Source: Chrysomallon squamiferum
Taxonomy: Eukaryota > Animalia > Mollusca
Length of the DNA: 64,000 nt
Direction of reading: 5' to 3'
NCBI GenBank assembly: GCA_012295275.1
Contig: CM022677.1
Span: 27,404,001 to 27,468,000, forward strand
Shown here: positions 61,727-64,000 of the stretch, one piece after another
How the letters are laid out: every line of letters begins with the position of its first letter
Position numbering within the stretch: position 1 is the first letter of the stretch
Made by a program: the position numbers and the translations under genes
Notes under the pieces: generated by a model
Told to the model about the DNA's origin: nothing
Database searches by the model: none
Seen by the model: the letters and a program-made list of their open reading frames with translations, nothing else

Positions 61727-63762
61727 GTTATAATAACCATAATAATAATAAAAATAACAGTAATAATAATTACAATAATAATATAACAAAAATAATAATA
61801 AAAATAACAGCATTAATATATAAAAAATAATAATATAATAATAATTAATAATAAATTAATAATAATAATAAATATAATAATAGTAAGAACACTACTCTAC
61901 TATTAATAATACTAGTTAATAAGAACATCAATCATAACAACAATAGTAATAATAACAACAACAACAATGACAGTAATAAGAATATAAACAAAATAGCTTT
62001 TCTTAAAATGACACCAATATTTTATTTTTTATTTTATTTTTAATACTGTATATTTTACTCTTTCCTGACATTTTAACAAAAAGACACAGATATTTTTATT
62101 TTAACTGGTTTTGTTTTACAAAACACTATACATTTTATTCTTACTTAACACTTTAATAAGATTTTTAGTATAATTCATGATTCTTGCTACTACACATTTC
62201 ACTCTCACTTGACATTTTAATAAGAATAAAAAACATTTTTATCTTTACTTGTCATTTTTTTTAAACACTAAAACATTTTATTTTTACTTCACACTTCAAC
62301 AAGAAACAGCTATTTTAATCTTTACGTCACATTTTTCGATACTACACACTTCATTCTCACTTGACACTTTAACTGGACACAAACATTTTGACATTTCGGT
62401 GACAGATATTTTAGTTTATTCTCACCTCCTTGTCCATGTCAATCTCCTCTCCGAACTTGACGGAGGCCATCTGCTCAGTGACTGTTTTCTGGTCGCGGTA
62501 GTGTTTGAGTACGCGGAACTCAAAACTCAGATGGTCGATGGGGAACTACTTGACATAGTTCTGCCATGCCAGTCAGAAGCCTGGAAATAAGATGCAGTAG
62601 TAGTTGTAGTGGTTGTAGTAGTTGTAGTAGTTGTAGTTGTAGTAGTTGTAGTAGTTGTAGTTGTAGTAGTTGTAATTGTAGTGGAGTTGCTTGGTTGTGA
62701 TGGTGGTAGTGGTAGTTGTAGTGGAGTTGTGGCAGTTGTAGTGGTGGTAGTGAAGTTGCTTGGTTGTGGTGGTTGTAGTGGTGGTGGAGATGTGGTAGTT
62801 GTAGTAGTTGTGGTAGTCAAGTTGTTTGGTTGTGATGGTAGTGGTGGAGGTGTAGTTGTTGTGGTGGTAGTTGTAGTAGCAGTTGTGGTAGCAGTAGTGG
62901 TAATGGTTATAGTAGTAGTAGCTGAAGTAGCAGTTGTGGTTGTTACAGAAGTGGTGTTAGAAGTAACAGCAGTTGTAATAATAGTAGTAGTAGTAATAGT
63001 ACTTATATTAGTAGTTATAACAGTAATAGCATAGTAGGACTAGTAAAAGTAGTAGTAGTAATAATAATAGCACAGTGACATAGTAGTAGTAGTAGTAGTA
63101 TCAGGACCAGAAACAGTAGTAGTAATAGTGGTGATAGTAGTAGTTGTGGTAGTGGCAGTAGTAGTAGTTGTAGTAGTAGTAGTATTAGCCTGACCAGAAA
63201 TAGCAGTAGTAATAGTGGTGATAGTTGTAGTAATGGTTGTGCCAGTGGTAGTAGTTGTGGTTGTGGTAGTAGTTGTGGTTGTGGCAGTAGTAGTAGTTGT
63301 GGTTGTGGCAGTAGTAGTAGTTGTGGTTGTGGCAGTAGTAGCTGAAATAGTAGTAGTAGTTTTCACTAACAAACTATTTCTAAACTAAATCATTTACTCA
63401 CCCAGTCACTCACTCACTCACTCACTCACTCACCCACCCACCCACTCACTCACTCACCCACCACACCCACCACACCACACCCACACCACACCCACTCACG
63501 GACTCATGGACTCACCCTGTGGAAAGAAGAAGCCGGACAGCCAGAAGGACTTGGGCGCACCGTAGACGATCCAGCTGTTGATGAAGGCGCAGCGGTAGAC
63601 AAGGTCCTGCACCCAGCTGGCCAGACTCTTGAGGGAGGGGTAGGCGGAGCTGGCCCAGAGGTCAGGAACGTGGTTGTTGAGGAAGGAGTTGTAGACCATC
63701 TCCAGTTCCTCGCTCATCACGACGAAGCCTTTGATGGCCTTCTTCAGCTGTTCCAGCGAGTT
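60594..63762 (-). CDS. DNAH6: Axonemal dynein heavy chain (DNAH6-like), last four exons; the gene starts beyond the right edge; one exon is disrupted in this sequence
   Basis: complement(join(60594-60697,61322-61544,62426-62580,63516-63762)). Peptides [49 protein letters not shown]...[58 protein letters not shown] match the DNAH6-type C-terminal domain as I recall it. Confidence 0.88.
60970..61256. repeat. (AC)n compound microsatellite in a dynein intron
   Basis: Dinucleotide runs. Confidence 0.95.
61322..61544 (-). CDS. DNAH6: DNAH6-like penultimate exon ([21 protein letters not shown]...[16 protein letters not shown])
   Basis: CCACAG acceptor, G|GTGAGT donor. Confidence 0.92.
62426..62580 (-). 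CDS. DNAH6: DNAH6-like exon with a damaged 5' part ([50 protein letters not shown])
   Basis: TTTCCAG acceptor, GAG|GTGAGA donor; homology is clear but there are two in-frame stops. Confidence 0.8.
62594..63360. repeat. (GTA/GTT/GTG)n compound microsatellite in a dynein intron
   Basis: Trinucleotide periodicity. Confidence 0.9.
63516..63762 (-). CDS. DNAH6: DNAH6-like exon ([17 protein letters not shown]...[10 protein letters not shown])
   Basis: TTTTACAG acceptor, CAGG|GTGAGT donor. Confidence 0.92.
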
Positions 63763-64000
63763 CTGTAAAACAGTGAGGTGTAGTTTGTGTGTACACTCAT
63801 CAATAATTGATTGTTGATACTGTGTGTGTGACTGTGTGTGTCTGTGTGTGTGTGTGTGTGTGTGTGAGTATTTGTGTGTGTGTGTACACTCGTGTGTCTG
63901 TGTGTGTGTGTGACTCGTCAATAATTGTTGATTTTGTGTGTGTGAGTATATGTGTGTGTTTGTGTGTCTGGTAGTGTACAATCGTCAATAATTGTTGATA

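Noticed and set aside
62426-62580. Calling the dynein a pseudogene, or invoking stop readthrough or selenocysteine
   Set aside because: The stops arise from local deletions rather than codon substitutions and the neighbouring exons are intact; an assembly error is more parsimonious

Overview
AT-rich, microsatellite-dense animal genomic DNA. It is probably a lophotrochozoan such as a mollusc, which I infer from gene content and repeat style. Four spliced genes can be reconstructed by hand. (1) The first coding exon of a secreted AA15-type lytic polysaccharide monooxygenase / chitin-binding type-4 protein on the minus strand (260-451), running off the left edge. (2) A complete dymeclin (DYM) gene on the plus strand: 15 coding exons, 6485-21101, 679 aa, plus a probable 5'UTR exon. 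(3) A complete inhibitory Smad (Smad6/7, Dad-like) on the minus strand: 4 exons, 49508-30196, 362 aa, convergent with DYM. (4) The last four exons of an axonemal dynein heavy chain (DNAH6-like) on the minus strand, one of them disrupted by micro-deletions and two stop codons. Almost all other ORFs in the track are microsatellite artefacts. The most interesting signals cluster on the I-Smad: it sits next to DYM as human SMAD7 does; its promoter has GTCTAGAC-3bp-CACGTGAC like the vertebrate SMAD7 promoter; intron 1 has a GGCGCC-N5-GTCG element like the Drosophila dad activating element; an out-of-frame strong-context uORF and a 13-bp hairpin cover its start codon; and no PY motif is found. Family assignments rest on my recall of homologous sequences, not on a database search.
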